Origin: Hypanus sabinus
Taxonomy: Eukaryota
DNA: 64,000 nt
Direction of reading: 5' to 3'
NCBI RefSeq assembly: GCF_030144855.1
Contig: NC_082731.1
Location: 11,470,001 to 11,534,000 of the forward strand
How positions within the stretch are numbered: position 1 is the stretch's first letter; every line of letters starts with the position of its first letter. The notes beneath the pieces were generated by a model. It ran no database searches and had not been told where the DNA came from. It worked only from the letters and a program-made list of their open reading frames with translations. Positions 1 through 10,346 of this stretch are shown here, in pieces. The position numbers and the translations under genes are program-made.

Positions 1-1394
1 CAGAGGACTGCTCCAAAGAATGAATGGCAGTTAATTGCTAGATCCCCGAAGTACCCCCCCCCCAGCTCCCGCCTCTCACACATAAGCAGCAGCAAAACAA
101 CGACCCCTTCCTCCCCCACCAGCAAAAAGGCCTCGGGACCCCCACCGAGCACTCAAGCGTGCAGCAAAGCATCGTTAAAGACACAGACTTGCAGTACACT
201 CGTTCACCTGGTATTCTAACTACCACAGACTTTCGATCTCTCCATCTCCCTAACAGAGGAACAATAAGTGTCTCGTTTCATTGCGAGAAGGGCCTTGGTC
301 TTCCAGGTCGCATCTTTGGCATATCGTAAAGCGGCCTGCCTTGAGGCTCCAAGAGAAGGTCCCATTTCTGCAAAGAACCGAAGTCAGCGTGTAACTCCAG
401 GTCAGTGTCGTCAAAAGAATCTTGAAAAGGGAAAAAAGTGAGATATCAAAGATAGAAATAGAGTTTTTTCCCGAAGATACAAGCAAAGGAGTCGACGTTG
501 GGTGTCCTCGTCCTCCTAATCTCCGCTCAATAGATAGTTAAGGTTGATAATAAGAATGCTTCCCTGTGGCAGAGTCTCAACGATTAGAGGGATTTAGTAA
601 ACTTTAAGGCAAGGAGTGAGAGATTTAGGTGATTCGAGGAGGGTGATTGCAATCTGTAACGCACTGCCTAACTGGGTGGCGGCAGTAGCTTCTGTCACAA
701 TATTTCAGAAGTACGAGTACTGTATAAACATTTCATTTGTCAAAGCAGAGAAAGCCAAGTGATGGTAAATGGGATAAGTGTAGCATTCACTTGACCATCG
801 GTGTAAACATAATGGACGAAGGACTTCTCTCTCTCTCTGCCGTACCACTGTGCAACTATGGCGGATAAGATCGGATAGAATGAATGATATACCCTAGTAC
901 GGATGATGGCATTCGCATCACTTCGGTCATACGTGAGTTTCCATCAGCTACGGGTTGCGACTGAACCACAGACTGCTGGACATCAGGTCTCCGGAAAGAG
1001 TAGCGTATTTAATCTTCCAGAAATATCTCCCTCTGAGATTTGAAATCGAGACAGGACACATAATGAATTAATTCACATCGACCGCACTTCTCAGTTCGAG
1101 CTGCTGAACTGTTTCAACATTTCCTTTCTCCCCAGAAAAAGCAGATGCCGTTAAATGTCAAGGAATTGCAGCGAATTATTGATTGTTTCCTTTTCATTGC
1201 CGAGAGGTTTTTATAAAAATGCCAAACGAAGATGGAGGAAATTTGCCTGCTACTGATAATCTGAAGAACGTTTCCAGTGTTTACTCGCTGTTCACCGAAG
1301 CAGGAAACCGACAGAAAAGTCATGAATCATCGGCACGTGAAGACCACAGCCATGGCCACCAATTGAATTCTGTTATCCATATCAAAAACATTGA

Positions 1395-1720
1395 AACAGA
1401 AAACCTACAGCACAATGCAGGCCCTTCGGCCCACAATATTCTGCCGAATATTTCCCTACCTTAGATATGACTTGGGTTACCCAGAGCCCTCTATTTTTCT
1501 ACGCTCCATGTAGCTGTCCAAAAGTACCTGAATAGACCCTATCGTATCCGCCTCCACCACCGTTGCCGGCAGCCCATTCCACACACTCACTACTCTCTGC
1601 GTAAAAACAAACCCAGACATCTCCTCTGTAACTTCTCTGTAGACATGCATTTTACCCAAAAACATATTCAATCGTAAATTCAACTCATAGTCACCCCACC
1701 ATCCCGACATTATGAATAGA
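1395..1720 (-). mobile_element. CR1-type LINE 3' fragment
   Basis: ORF 1477-1743 contains FTQRVVSVWNGLPATVVEADTI, the typical CR1 ORF2 C-terminus; boundaries approximate. Confidence 0.7.
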
Positions 1721-2179
1721 ATAAATTTCTGACTGTTCCACACTCATCCGCGTAAAGCGGTGGAGTGATGAAAGGTTATCAGCACAGAGACGGGTCTTTG
1801 GCTCACTACATCCATGTCCACTCATTGGCCCGTCGACGTATTACTTCAAGTTTTGTCTTTTAAATCACGGCAATATATGAACTTGTCCTTGAATGAATTA
1901 TGTGTACTCAGCTTTCCGTGTTTACAGTTTATCGGGAGTAACCGAGAGCAGCTGCCCGACGTGAGTTGACTGACAGTGCACAGCTCGAAATAACCGATGG
2001 CATTTAGACTTTCGGCCTTCGATACATTGACGGGTTCAGGAATTTACTAAAATAGGACGCATACAGACACTGCTCTTTCCTCTGTTCGGGACTATAAGGC
2101 AGGGGGACAACTTTGCATTCCGTGATGTTGTCGATTTTATAAAAATGTAAGATTGTAAAAAAGATCATAGAAGCCTCCA

Positions 2180-2700
2180 CAGAACAGGCATTAACGACCT
2201 GCCGGGCAGTGACAACAGTCGTGCCAAACGACGCTTATCTTATTTCCCTGCATTAGACTCACGGTTCTCCCTTCCTTTCCTATACAAGTATCTGTTCAAA
2301 TGTTTTTCAAACGTTGTAATTGTGTTCATCTCTGCCACCACCTCTGACAGCTCTTTCCAGATAACCATCACCCTCTCAGTAAACAACCTTACTCCCCAGA
2401 TCTCATTAAAATATCCCTCTCTTGCCTTCAACTTGTGCCTTCTAGTTCTACACTCGAACGTCCTGGGGGAAAACACTTTTGCTTTCTCTCCTGTCTGTAC
2501 ACATTATGTCCTTATGAACATGTATAGGGTCACGCCTATGCTTCCTGCATTACATTGGGAATAATCGAAGCCGATCCATTCTCTCCTTATAACTAAAGTC
2601 TTCAATTCCAGGTAGCATCTGGCTAAATCACTTCTACCCTCCATTACTCCCAGAGCCTTCCTGCAGTGTGGTACCAGAACCCGAATATATGCAGGGCGAA
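2180..2700 (-). mobile_element. CR1-type LINE 3' fragment
   Basis: ORF 2240-2476: RTRRHKLKAREGYF...LFTERVMVIWKELSEVVAE (CR1 ORF2 end). Confidence 0.7.
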
Positions 2701-3384
2701 TGTATGCATTTGCATCATGGCGTGCTGACTGTTACAGAGAATGCTGCGGCGCACGCAGCCAAGCACTAACGCAGTCATCTGTTTCAACACGTTCTGGAGG
2801 CTGTGGGATGACACTTCAAAATCACTTTGTACATCAATATTCCTCCAGCCCCTATCACTCGCTTTCACTGCCCGACCACTTTTCGAATTTAATAATTTGC
2901 ATGTACCGCTATTCTGGCCGCCTTTCCAGTTGGTAAATGGAAAGCAGCGAACACAATGCTCTGTGAACAGACAACAGAATCACAGTAGTTTTATACCACA
3001 CTTTGTAACTTCCTTATTATCAAGCCAAGGAATTAACAGGAAGCAAAGGATTCGGCGACAGGAGATGACAAATATTATAACCGGCAAATTCGACAATACA
3101 ATAGATAGAAATAAGTGAATTAAACCCAAGGAGCAATCAATGTTTACTGTCCTGCCACATCCCGCCGCGAATGGTCCTCGATTAATCCAATATGAACAAC
3201 TTAGTCCAAATAATTCGACCTTGAGTTATTCTCGTAGCTATCATGTTCTTTTCACTGCCTCCGCTTTTGCATCAAATGGCGGAATATCGAAAACTAATTC
3301 TGCTCTACCTGGAGATCACCACTAAAGGGTTTTCCAGTATCCAACGACAGAAAATAATTTTGCCTCATTGTCTCACGAACACCG

Positions 3385-4085
3385 AACATCGAGGACGGGA
3401 ACAGGCCCTACGTCCCTTGATGCCAAATTAAACTGCTCCCTTTTGTCTGCATATGATCTATATCACTCCATTCCATGCATCTGCGTGTGCCTGTCGAAAA
3501 GCCTCTTGAAGGCCGCTGGCGTGTCTCCATCAGTGTCCCTGACAGCGCGATTCAGACACCTTTCACACACATCGCCTTACCTCATCTCTCACCTTAAAGC
3601 TATTCTCTCTAGTATTCGAAGTTTCTGCACAGGGAAAGTGAATTCGGCAGTCATGACTCTATGAATTTATGAACTACTCTATGAACTATCCGCCGCCCTT
3701 AGCTATGATGCTCCAGAGAAAACAATGCAAACTTATGCAAGATCTGCTTATAAGGAATGCCCTCTGATTTAGGCAGAATCCTTATAACCACCCCGCTCCA
3801 CTATCACTACCTTAATGCTCACCAACAATTTCAGTTTATTTCTATAACGGGGCCAAATAACTACAGAAAATATTCTAAATGCGGCTTAACCAAAAGTATA
3901 TACAGCTGCATCACGACTTCCTGGTTCTTACACTTGGTACCCGTAACGACGAGGCAAGCTTGCTTTACCGATCTATTTAAATGTTGTGCAACTGCGATAT
4001 GGACTTGGGCCCCAATAGTTTCATAATAATCCGGCTCTAGTATATACACCGCAGTCTTTGCCCTAAAAGGACCGTCCAAATTTTT
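3385..4085 (-). mobile_element. CR1-type LINE 3' fragment
   Basis: ORF 3861-4079: KCKNQEVVMQLYILLVKPHLEY, a degenerate CR1 ORF2 motif (LYKxLVRPHLEY). Confidence 0.7.
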
Positions 4086-4714
4086 ACATAACTCCGTTTG
4101 CTCCGTTGAAAGATCAAGTCTTCATTTATTTAGTGACTGGCTCCCAGTGTTTTCGAGACTCGCCATCTCAGCACAATCCTATTTTCGTGAGATTGGACAT
4201 GTCAATGCTATCACTACTTCGTACATAGTGGTGCTTGGAACTGTAAACAGTATAGCGTATTTTATAATATGCAAGGGAACCAACGAAAAGATTGATAATA
4301 AATGTGCCTTGAACTTTGATTAGAAATCGCAACTTATATAACTCCAGGGGGATTGTAATGTCACGATGTTAAGCTTGTATGGTGTTACTGTATTGCAAAA
4401 TAAATATAAAATTTTTGAATCAATTTTCTTGCGTCCATGCAGATTTGGATATATATTTCATAACTTGTCTTCCAAATCTTGTTACAGCAATTGAACTCAA
4501 CATTGTTATCAACGAACAAACCCAAACCTAATATCACGAATTACTTTGATTTCCAGCATCTGCAGATTTTCGCTTGTTCTTTATCATAAATTGGTGTTGC
4601 AGTTGGAAAGCTCGCAGGATTGTATATAGATGCTCAGTGACATTGCTGCCAGATTTTGCGATCAAAATGATCTCGAAAAGGATTTATTGAACAAACGTTG
4701 TGTAAAATTTAAAG

Positions 4715-5495
4715 CAACAACACGCAAGGAGCTGGAGGAACTCAATAGGTCCGCCAGCATTCATGAAGAAGAATAAACAGTCGACCTTTCGGGCTGAGGC
4801 CGTTCTTCAGCACTGAGAAGAAGGAAAGAAAATACCAGAATAAAACGGTGGTGGGAGGAGACATATGCCAGCTGAAAGCCAGGTGAGTGGAAAAAGGTTA
4901 AGTGCTGGAGAAGAATCTAATGGGAGAGGAGAGTGGACCATAGGAAAATGGAAGGAGGAACGGAACCTGGGCGAAATAATAGGCAAGTGAGAAGAAGTAA
5001 AATGTCAGAGTGGGGAATAGTGGAAGGGTGCACGGATTTATTTACCGGACGGACAATCGATATTCATGCAATCAAGTTGGAGGATGCTCAGAAGGAAAAT
5101 GTACTGCTGCTCCTCCACCCTGAGAGTGACCTTATTTTGTCACAAGAGGAGGCCATGTATCGACACGTCTGAACGGGAACAGGAATGGAAATCGGAATTA
5201 AAATTCTTCTTTTCCTCAGACTGATCTTTTACTTCTTCTCACCTGCCTATTCCGTCGCCTTGGGTCCCCTCTTTCCCTTTCTCCTGTCGTGCACTCTCAT
5301 CTCCAGTTCTTGACCTTTCGCATGCACTTGGTTTCAACTATCACCTTCCTGTTCTTCCTCCACCCCCACACTTTTTAATCTGGCACTTTCCCCCTTCCTT
5401 CTCAGTTCGGAAAAGGTCAAATGTTTTTTATTTTCTGTAGGTGCTGTCTGACCTGCTGAATTTCTCCAGCGTTTTGTGTATGTTGCTATGGATTT
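4715..5495. repeat. Two opposed Penelope-type terminal repeats (imperfect foldback)
   Basis: 4720-5005 (acacgcaaggagctggaggaactca...ataggcaagtgagaagaagtaaaa) matches the reverse complement of 5215-5490; both resemble the terminus of the Penelope element at 21698. Confidence 0.6.
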
Positions 5496-5699
5496 CAAGT
5501 ATCGACAAACTGGAATCCACTTTACTCCTTGCGAATGCTTACACACTAGCGCATGCCTATGATGGTGCTGCAAGTTTTCCTTTGCACCTGTGCACACATG
5601 TCCTTGTGTATATGGCATTAAACCTGATTCTGTGGGTTCTACTAAAAATGGGGACGGCTATGCGAGCACCATTCTTTTACGGTGACGAATTATGTTGAC

Positions 5700-6371
5700 T
5701 GTAACGTTCTCCTTCGGGTGTAACGAAACGCCGAATTTAACGTCCGGATAAACCACAGCCAATGCAAACCAGATCGCAGTAAGATTAACCATTTACTGTT
5801 CACTCTTCACATTAACATATGGTGAAAACTGTTGATAAAACAATACAAGATTGATACAGTATTTGTTCCTTCCTTAATATCACATTTCAAGTGTAAATAC
5901 TTGCAAAGGTGACTATAACTACATTACACTAAGGTGCAGTATACAGGGAGAGTTTACCTGCTCCATTGACTACTTTAAATACACTTCCATGCAAACTATC
6001 CGCGACTCTTAACTAAGGAAAGCATAAACATTATCTACCGTCGTTACCTCTAACAGGATCAGCATTAACATCTTAGTTGAATATATCGATTATCTATTAA
6101 CTTACAGCGTTGCTCTCACTGTGATTTCTCATGCCTGCAAAACTGCTTGTGCTCAGGTGAGCCTCGTGGTGAGCCCCCACCCTCGCGCTAATTTCAAACC
6201 GGTATTTTCCCACAAGACGCGGCGAAACCGGATGTGACGTCATCGCATGCCGATGTATTTTACATGCAATGAATACACTTTAAACACTTCTAATTCTAAC
6301 TAGAAAATACTATTGAATGAATTACTAAGCGAAAATATTATAAACTAAATAACTGTCGTAAAGACAGCACA
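5700..6371 (-). repeat. 3' LTR of the Bel/Pao element
   Basis: Direct repeat of 9675-10346 with 4 substitutions seen by eye; plus-strand ctccccgc (PPT GCGGGGAG on minus) adjoins at 6372-6379. Confidence 0.95.
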
Positions 6372-6429
6372 CTCCCCGCTTGACCTTCGTAAGGTCACAA
6401 TGAGCAGAGTACAAAACTTAGTCTCTTAA

Positions 6430-9400
6430 TCAGTCATTGGGTAGAAGTAGAATAACTTCTGTAACTGGCCCTTGGTAAATTTTCACATCGCCTTGGTCGG
6501 TAGTCTTCAATTCGATCTTCCTGACATGTCCATCCTCGCTAGGGAATGTAGCAGTGATTCTGGCCATTGGCCTGCTGTTGCGGGTGGCTTGCTTGTCCCT
6601 GAGCAGGACTAAGTCTTCAACTTGAAGATTCCTTCGGGGTTCTGTCCACTTTTGTCTCTGTTGCAACGAGTGTAGATATTTCTGTCTCCAGCGGGACCAA
6701 AACTGATTTGCCAGAGCCTGGACTTGTCTCCATTGCTTTGTGTACAAATCCTTGTCTGAGAAGTCTCCTGGTGGAGGAGGTGCTCCTGCCTTCTGCGTAA
6801 GGAGCGTTGATGGCGAAAGTATAAAGGGGTTTTCTGGGTCAGAAGACACAGGTAGGAATGATTGTGCGTTTATAATGGCTGTGACCTCTGCCATTAGGGT
6901 GCACAGTACCTCGTGGGCCAATCGGGTGCGTTGCTGCATCTCGGGTTTCCTTTTCCGGGTTTTCCGTAAGGACGTGAACCGTTTGACTGCCTGCTCTTTG
7001 TTATCTGGTGAGCGCTGGCGTGGTTCTCTGATTGGCAATGGGGCAACCCCATTATTTGCTTCATCTCTGAAGACCTTGGTGTCTTTGGTTTTTAAAGAAA
7101 TGGTATCTTGAGCTGATTGTGCAAGTTTGTTGTCATACTTCGTTAGAGCGAAGACTGACTGGCCCAGCGACCCGTCGCTTGCCTCGCGCTTGTTAACGCC
7201 TTGTTGTGCTTCCTTGATGCACGGGACACTCGGGCAGGGTTGAAAGATTGAATGGCGGCCACTCTCTAGCACATTGGTCTTGAGTGTGTTAATAATCGGT
7301 TTGTGTACGTCACCGAGACACACCTCTCCTATCACCACCCAGCCCAGATCCAGACGTTGCGCGAAGGGGGCGTTGAGTGGTCCATTGATCTGCTGCCTGA
7401 CCTTGTGTACCTGGATAACATCTCTTCCTAATAGCAGGAGTATTTCCGCTTTCGGATCCAGTTCTGGGATGTGTTTGGCGATGTGGTGGAGATGCGGCTG
7501 GTGTAGCACCGCACTTGGTGTCGGGGTCCCAGCGCGGTTATTCATGATTTCATTGCACTCTAAGAGCGGAGGGAGACAGATGACGACTTTACCATCCAGG
7601 GACTCGATCTGGATGCCTTCTGCCTTCCTTCCTTGGGTTTCCATGTTGCCTGAGCAAGTTTTGAGGTAGTATGGGAACCGCTCACTCTCAATGTTGAACA
7701 ATTTAAAGAACTCTGGACTGACTAGTGAACGATTGCTCTGATCGTCCAGAATCACATAGGCTTTGATGGCCTTGTCTTTGGCTCCTTTAGGGTACACCTT
7801 AGTGAGGCAGATCTTGGAACAAGAACGACTTGACTGAGCTTGACCGCAAACTTCTGTACAGTTCGTGCTGACAGCTATTGACCTAGAGTGAGCCTCTCCC
7901 TCCCCGCCGTCCTGTTGTGGGGGTGAAGGAGCGCTCTCGGTTTGTGGTGACAGGTCGGGATGCATGGCCTCGACGTGATCTGGGCTGCCACATTCCGGAC
8001 ACTTCACGGCGATCGTACACTCTCTGGCGAGGTGAGAGGTTGAGGAACAGCATCTAAAACATATTCTTTTCTCCTTGAGAAGAGCCGTCCTCTCTTCAAG
8101 GGGTTTTTCCCTAAACATTCTGCATGCTTTCAGGGGGTGAGGTTTGTTATGCAATGGACAATACTTGCCAGGGTCGTTGTTAGTCGTAAGGGCTTCGGTC
8201 TTGAGCACTGACACGGGTTTATCAATGTTGAAAACATTCGAAACGGATCTGCCTGGCTTGGTGTAAATCGAACTGCTTCCTGGACCTACAAGGCTAGGGT
8301 CGTTTCGCCTCTTCGCCTCCTTGCACACAAACCTAGTGAGGTGCTTAAAGGGAGGAAATCGACCATCGTGGTCTTCCTTGTACTCTGAGGCAACAGTCAG
8401 CCACTTGTCCTGCAGCCCAAATGGAAGTTTGTCCACAATTGGTCTAATCCCGGATGGAGTATCTAGGAATACTAGACCAGCTGAATAGCCATCTTCTTTG
8501 GCGCCTTGGATCTCCATGAGTAAATCTCCGAATTCTCTTAACTTAAAGTGATCTTTGGCTGACACCTTAGGAAAGTTTTCCAGACGTCGATATAGCGCCC
8601 CTTCAATAATGTCGGGGGCCCCATATCTCTCCCAAAGTCTCTCCCACGCTTCGCTTAAGGCTAGCTCAGGTTTGTTGATGTACACTGAACGCATGCGTCT
8701 CACCTGGTCGCGTGATTCTTTCCCCAGCCATTTCGCCATAAGGTCCAACCTTTGGGTTGCACTGAGCTGGACCCCGTCAATCACGTTGGTGAATGTGGAG
8801 AGCCAAGCGCGGTAATTTTCGGGTTTATCGTCAAACTGGTACAGTCCCGAAGTGACGAGATCCCGTCGTGCTAAATACTGCAGCGTGGGATCTGCGGCAA
8901 GCGGCATGCGGGCTGGAGAAGTACGTTGGCGCCTATATGACTGAGAACGCACGTTTCTCATGGAATTTGCCATCCTGGATTCAACCTCCGCGTCTCTTCG
9001 CATCGAACTTTGTAACTTTGGTGTCAAAGTATATCGGTTGTCAGCTCTTTCATTCTTGACTTCATCGCGGGGCCGCGAGGGTAAATTCTCTTCCTCGTAG
9101 CTGGGGAAGTTATCGAATAGGTATGGAGAGGGGAGACGAGCCTGCCTGTCTGCTTGATATTGTACATAGTCGCTCGTGCGTTCCAGTCTGGTCCTTTCTA
9201 AAGCAGAACTTGTTTCGGTCAGATCACGCGACCCTTCAGCTTCTTCTATGTACTCTGCTTCCACCATGGCAGCTTCTCCTTCTCCTTCCAGCTGCAGCAC
9301 TTGCAACTCTGTCGATATTTTTGCCATTTCCAACTGGGTTTCGGCTTCTCTGGCGGCCTTTTCGGCTTCTTTGGTGGCCAGTTTCATTTTCAAAACTGCT

Positions 9401-9636
9401 TCTTGTTTGGCGTAATGCAGTCGCACCTTGGCGGCTTCTGCCTTGGCTCTTGCCTGTGTGGACTTACTTGATGTCGTTCTACTGCCCTTGTCGCTGGGCG
9501 CCATCGACTTGATCCCGGATCGAGCTGACATTGCAGCACTTGGAACACCTGATAACGCCCGGGTGGGCTTACTTGATGTCGGTTTACCGCCCTTGTCGCT
9601 GGGCGGCGTCGACTTGATGCTGGATTGAGCTGACAT
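6430..9636 (-). CDS. Bel/Pao Gag-protease polyprotein fused in frame to the post-integrase C-terminal region (1068 aa)
   Basis: Gag core (DUF1759-like: FDDKPENYRAWLSTF); Cys/His knuckles (CPLHNKPHPLKAC, CFRCCSSTSHLAREC, CPECGSPDH); aspartic protease YVILDDQSNRSLV; C-terminal QWRQVQALANQFWSRWRQKYL (DUF5641-like); no RT YxDD, RNase H or DDE core. Confidence 0.9.
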   Translation of the reverse strand: MSAQSSIKSTPPSDKGGKPTSSKPTRALSGVPSAAMSARSGIKSMAPSDKGSRTTSSKSTQARAKAEAAKVRLHYAKQEAVLKMKLATKEAEKAAREAETQLEMAKISTELQVLQLEGEGEAAMVEAEYIEEAEGSRDLTETSSALERTRLERTSDYVQYQADRQARLPSPYLFDNFPSYEEENLPSRPRDEVKNERADNRYTLTPKLQSSMRRDAEVESRMANSMRNVRSQSYRRQRTSPARMPLAADPTLQYLARRDLVTSGLYQFDDKPENYRAWLSTFTNVIDGVQLSATQRLDLMAKWLGKESRDQVRRMRSVYINKPELALSEAWERLWERYGAPDIIEGALYRRLENFPKVSAKDHFKLREFGDLLMEIQGAKEDGYSAGLVFLDTPSGIRPIVDKLPFGLQDKWLTVASEYKEDHDGRFPPFKHLTRFVCKEAKRRNDPSLVGPGSSSIYTKPGRSVSNVFNIDKPVSVLKTEALTTNNDPGKYCPLHNKPHPLKACRMFREKPLEERTALLKEKRICFRCCSSTSHLARECTIAVKCPECGSPDHVEAMHPDLSPQTESAPSPPQQDGGEGEAHSRSIAVSTNCTEVCGQAQSSRSCSKICLTKVYPKGAKDKAIKAYVILDDQSNRSLVSPEFFKLFNIESERFPYYLKTCSGNMETQGRKAEGIQIESLDGKVVICLPPLLECNEIMNNRAGTPTPSAVLHQPHLHHIAKHIPELDPKAEILLLLGRDVIQVHKVRQQINGPLNAPFAQRLDLGWVVIGEVCLGDVHKPIINTLKTNVLESGRHSIFQPCPSVPCIKEAQQGVNKREASDGSLGQSVFALTKYDNKLAQSAQDTISLKTKDTKVFRDEANNGVAPLPIREPRQRSPDNKEQAVKRFTSLRKTRKRKPEMQQRTRLAHEVLCTLMAEVTAIINAQSFLPVSSDPENPFILSPSTLLTQKAGAPPPPGDFSDKDLYTKQWRQVQALANQFWSRWRQKYLHSLQQRQKWTEPRRNLQVEDLVLLRDKQATRNSRPMARITATFPSEDGHVRKIELKTTDQGDVKIYQGPVTEVILLLPND

Positions 9637-9665
9637 TGCAGCACTTGAAACACCTGATAATGCCG
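9463..9665 (-). repeat. 105-bp tandem duplication at the Gag N-terminus (35-aa repeat)
   Basis: cttacttgatgtcg starts at 9463 and 9568; protein MSAQSSIKSTPPSDKG... / MSARSGIKSMAPSDKG... Confidence 0.85.
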
Positions 9666-9674
9666 CTTTTTCAC

Positions 9675-10346
9675 TGTAACGTTCTCCTTCGGGTGTAACG
9701 AAACGCCGAATTTAACGTCCGGATAAACCACAGCCAATGCAAACCAGATCGCAGTAAGATTAACCATTTACTGTTCACTCTTCACATTAACATATGGTGA
9801 AAACTGTTGATAAAACAATACAAGATTGATACAGTATTTGTTCCTTCCTTAATATCACATTTCAAGTGTAAATACTTGCAAAGGTGACTATAACTACATT
9901 ACACTAAGGTGCAGTATACAGGGAGAGTTTACCTGCTCCATTGACTACTTTAAATACACTTCCATGCAAACTATCCACGACTCTTAACTAAGGAAAGCAT
10001 AAACATTATCTACCGTCGTTACCTCTAACAGGATCAGCATTAACATCTTAGTTCAATATATCGATTATCTATTAACTTACAGCGTTGCTCTCACTGTGAT
10101 TTCTCATGCCTGCAAAACTGCTTGTGCTCAGGTGAGCCTCGTGGTGAGCCCCCACCCTCGCGCTAATTTCAAACCGGTATTTTCCCACAAGACGCGGCGA
10201 AACCGGATGTGACGTCATCGCATGCCGATATATTTTACATGCAATGAATACACTTTAAACACTTCAAATTCTAACTAGAAAATACTATTGAATGAATTAC
10301 TAAGCGAAAATATTATAAACTAAATAACTGTCGTAAAGACAGCACA
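9675..10346 (-). repeat. 5' LTR of the Bel/Pao element
   Basis: Direct repeat of 5700-6371; TG...CA ends; followed by TSD TTGAC. Confidence 0.95.

Larger units (their letters stand above)
5700..10346 (-). mobile_element. Bel/Pao LTR retrotransposon, internally deleted and very recent
   Basis: Two 672-bp TG...CA LTRs; 5-bp TSD TTGAC at 5695-5699 and 10347-10351; PPT next to the 3' LTR; Bel/Pao-type ORF. Confidence 0.95.

Noticed and set aside
1114-1464. Short ORFs and an acceptor-like tract suggesting an exon
   Set aside because: No recognisable protein; runs into a CR1 fragment
5822-5828. Self-priming complement for the Bel/Pao element
   Set aside because: Only 7 nt and about 120 nt from the likely start site downstream of TATTTAAA (5981-5974)
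6740-9767. Antisense and alternative-frame ORFs over the Bel/Pao ORF (and similar ones over the gypsy, CR1 and Penelope elements)
   Set aside because: Shadow ORFs of retroelement coding sequence with no independent signal
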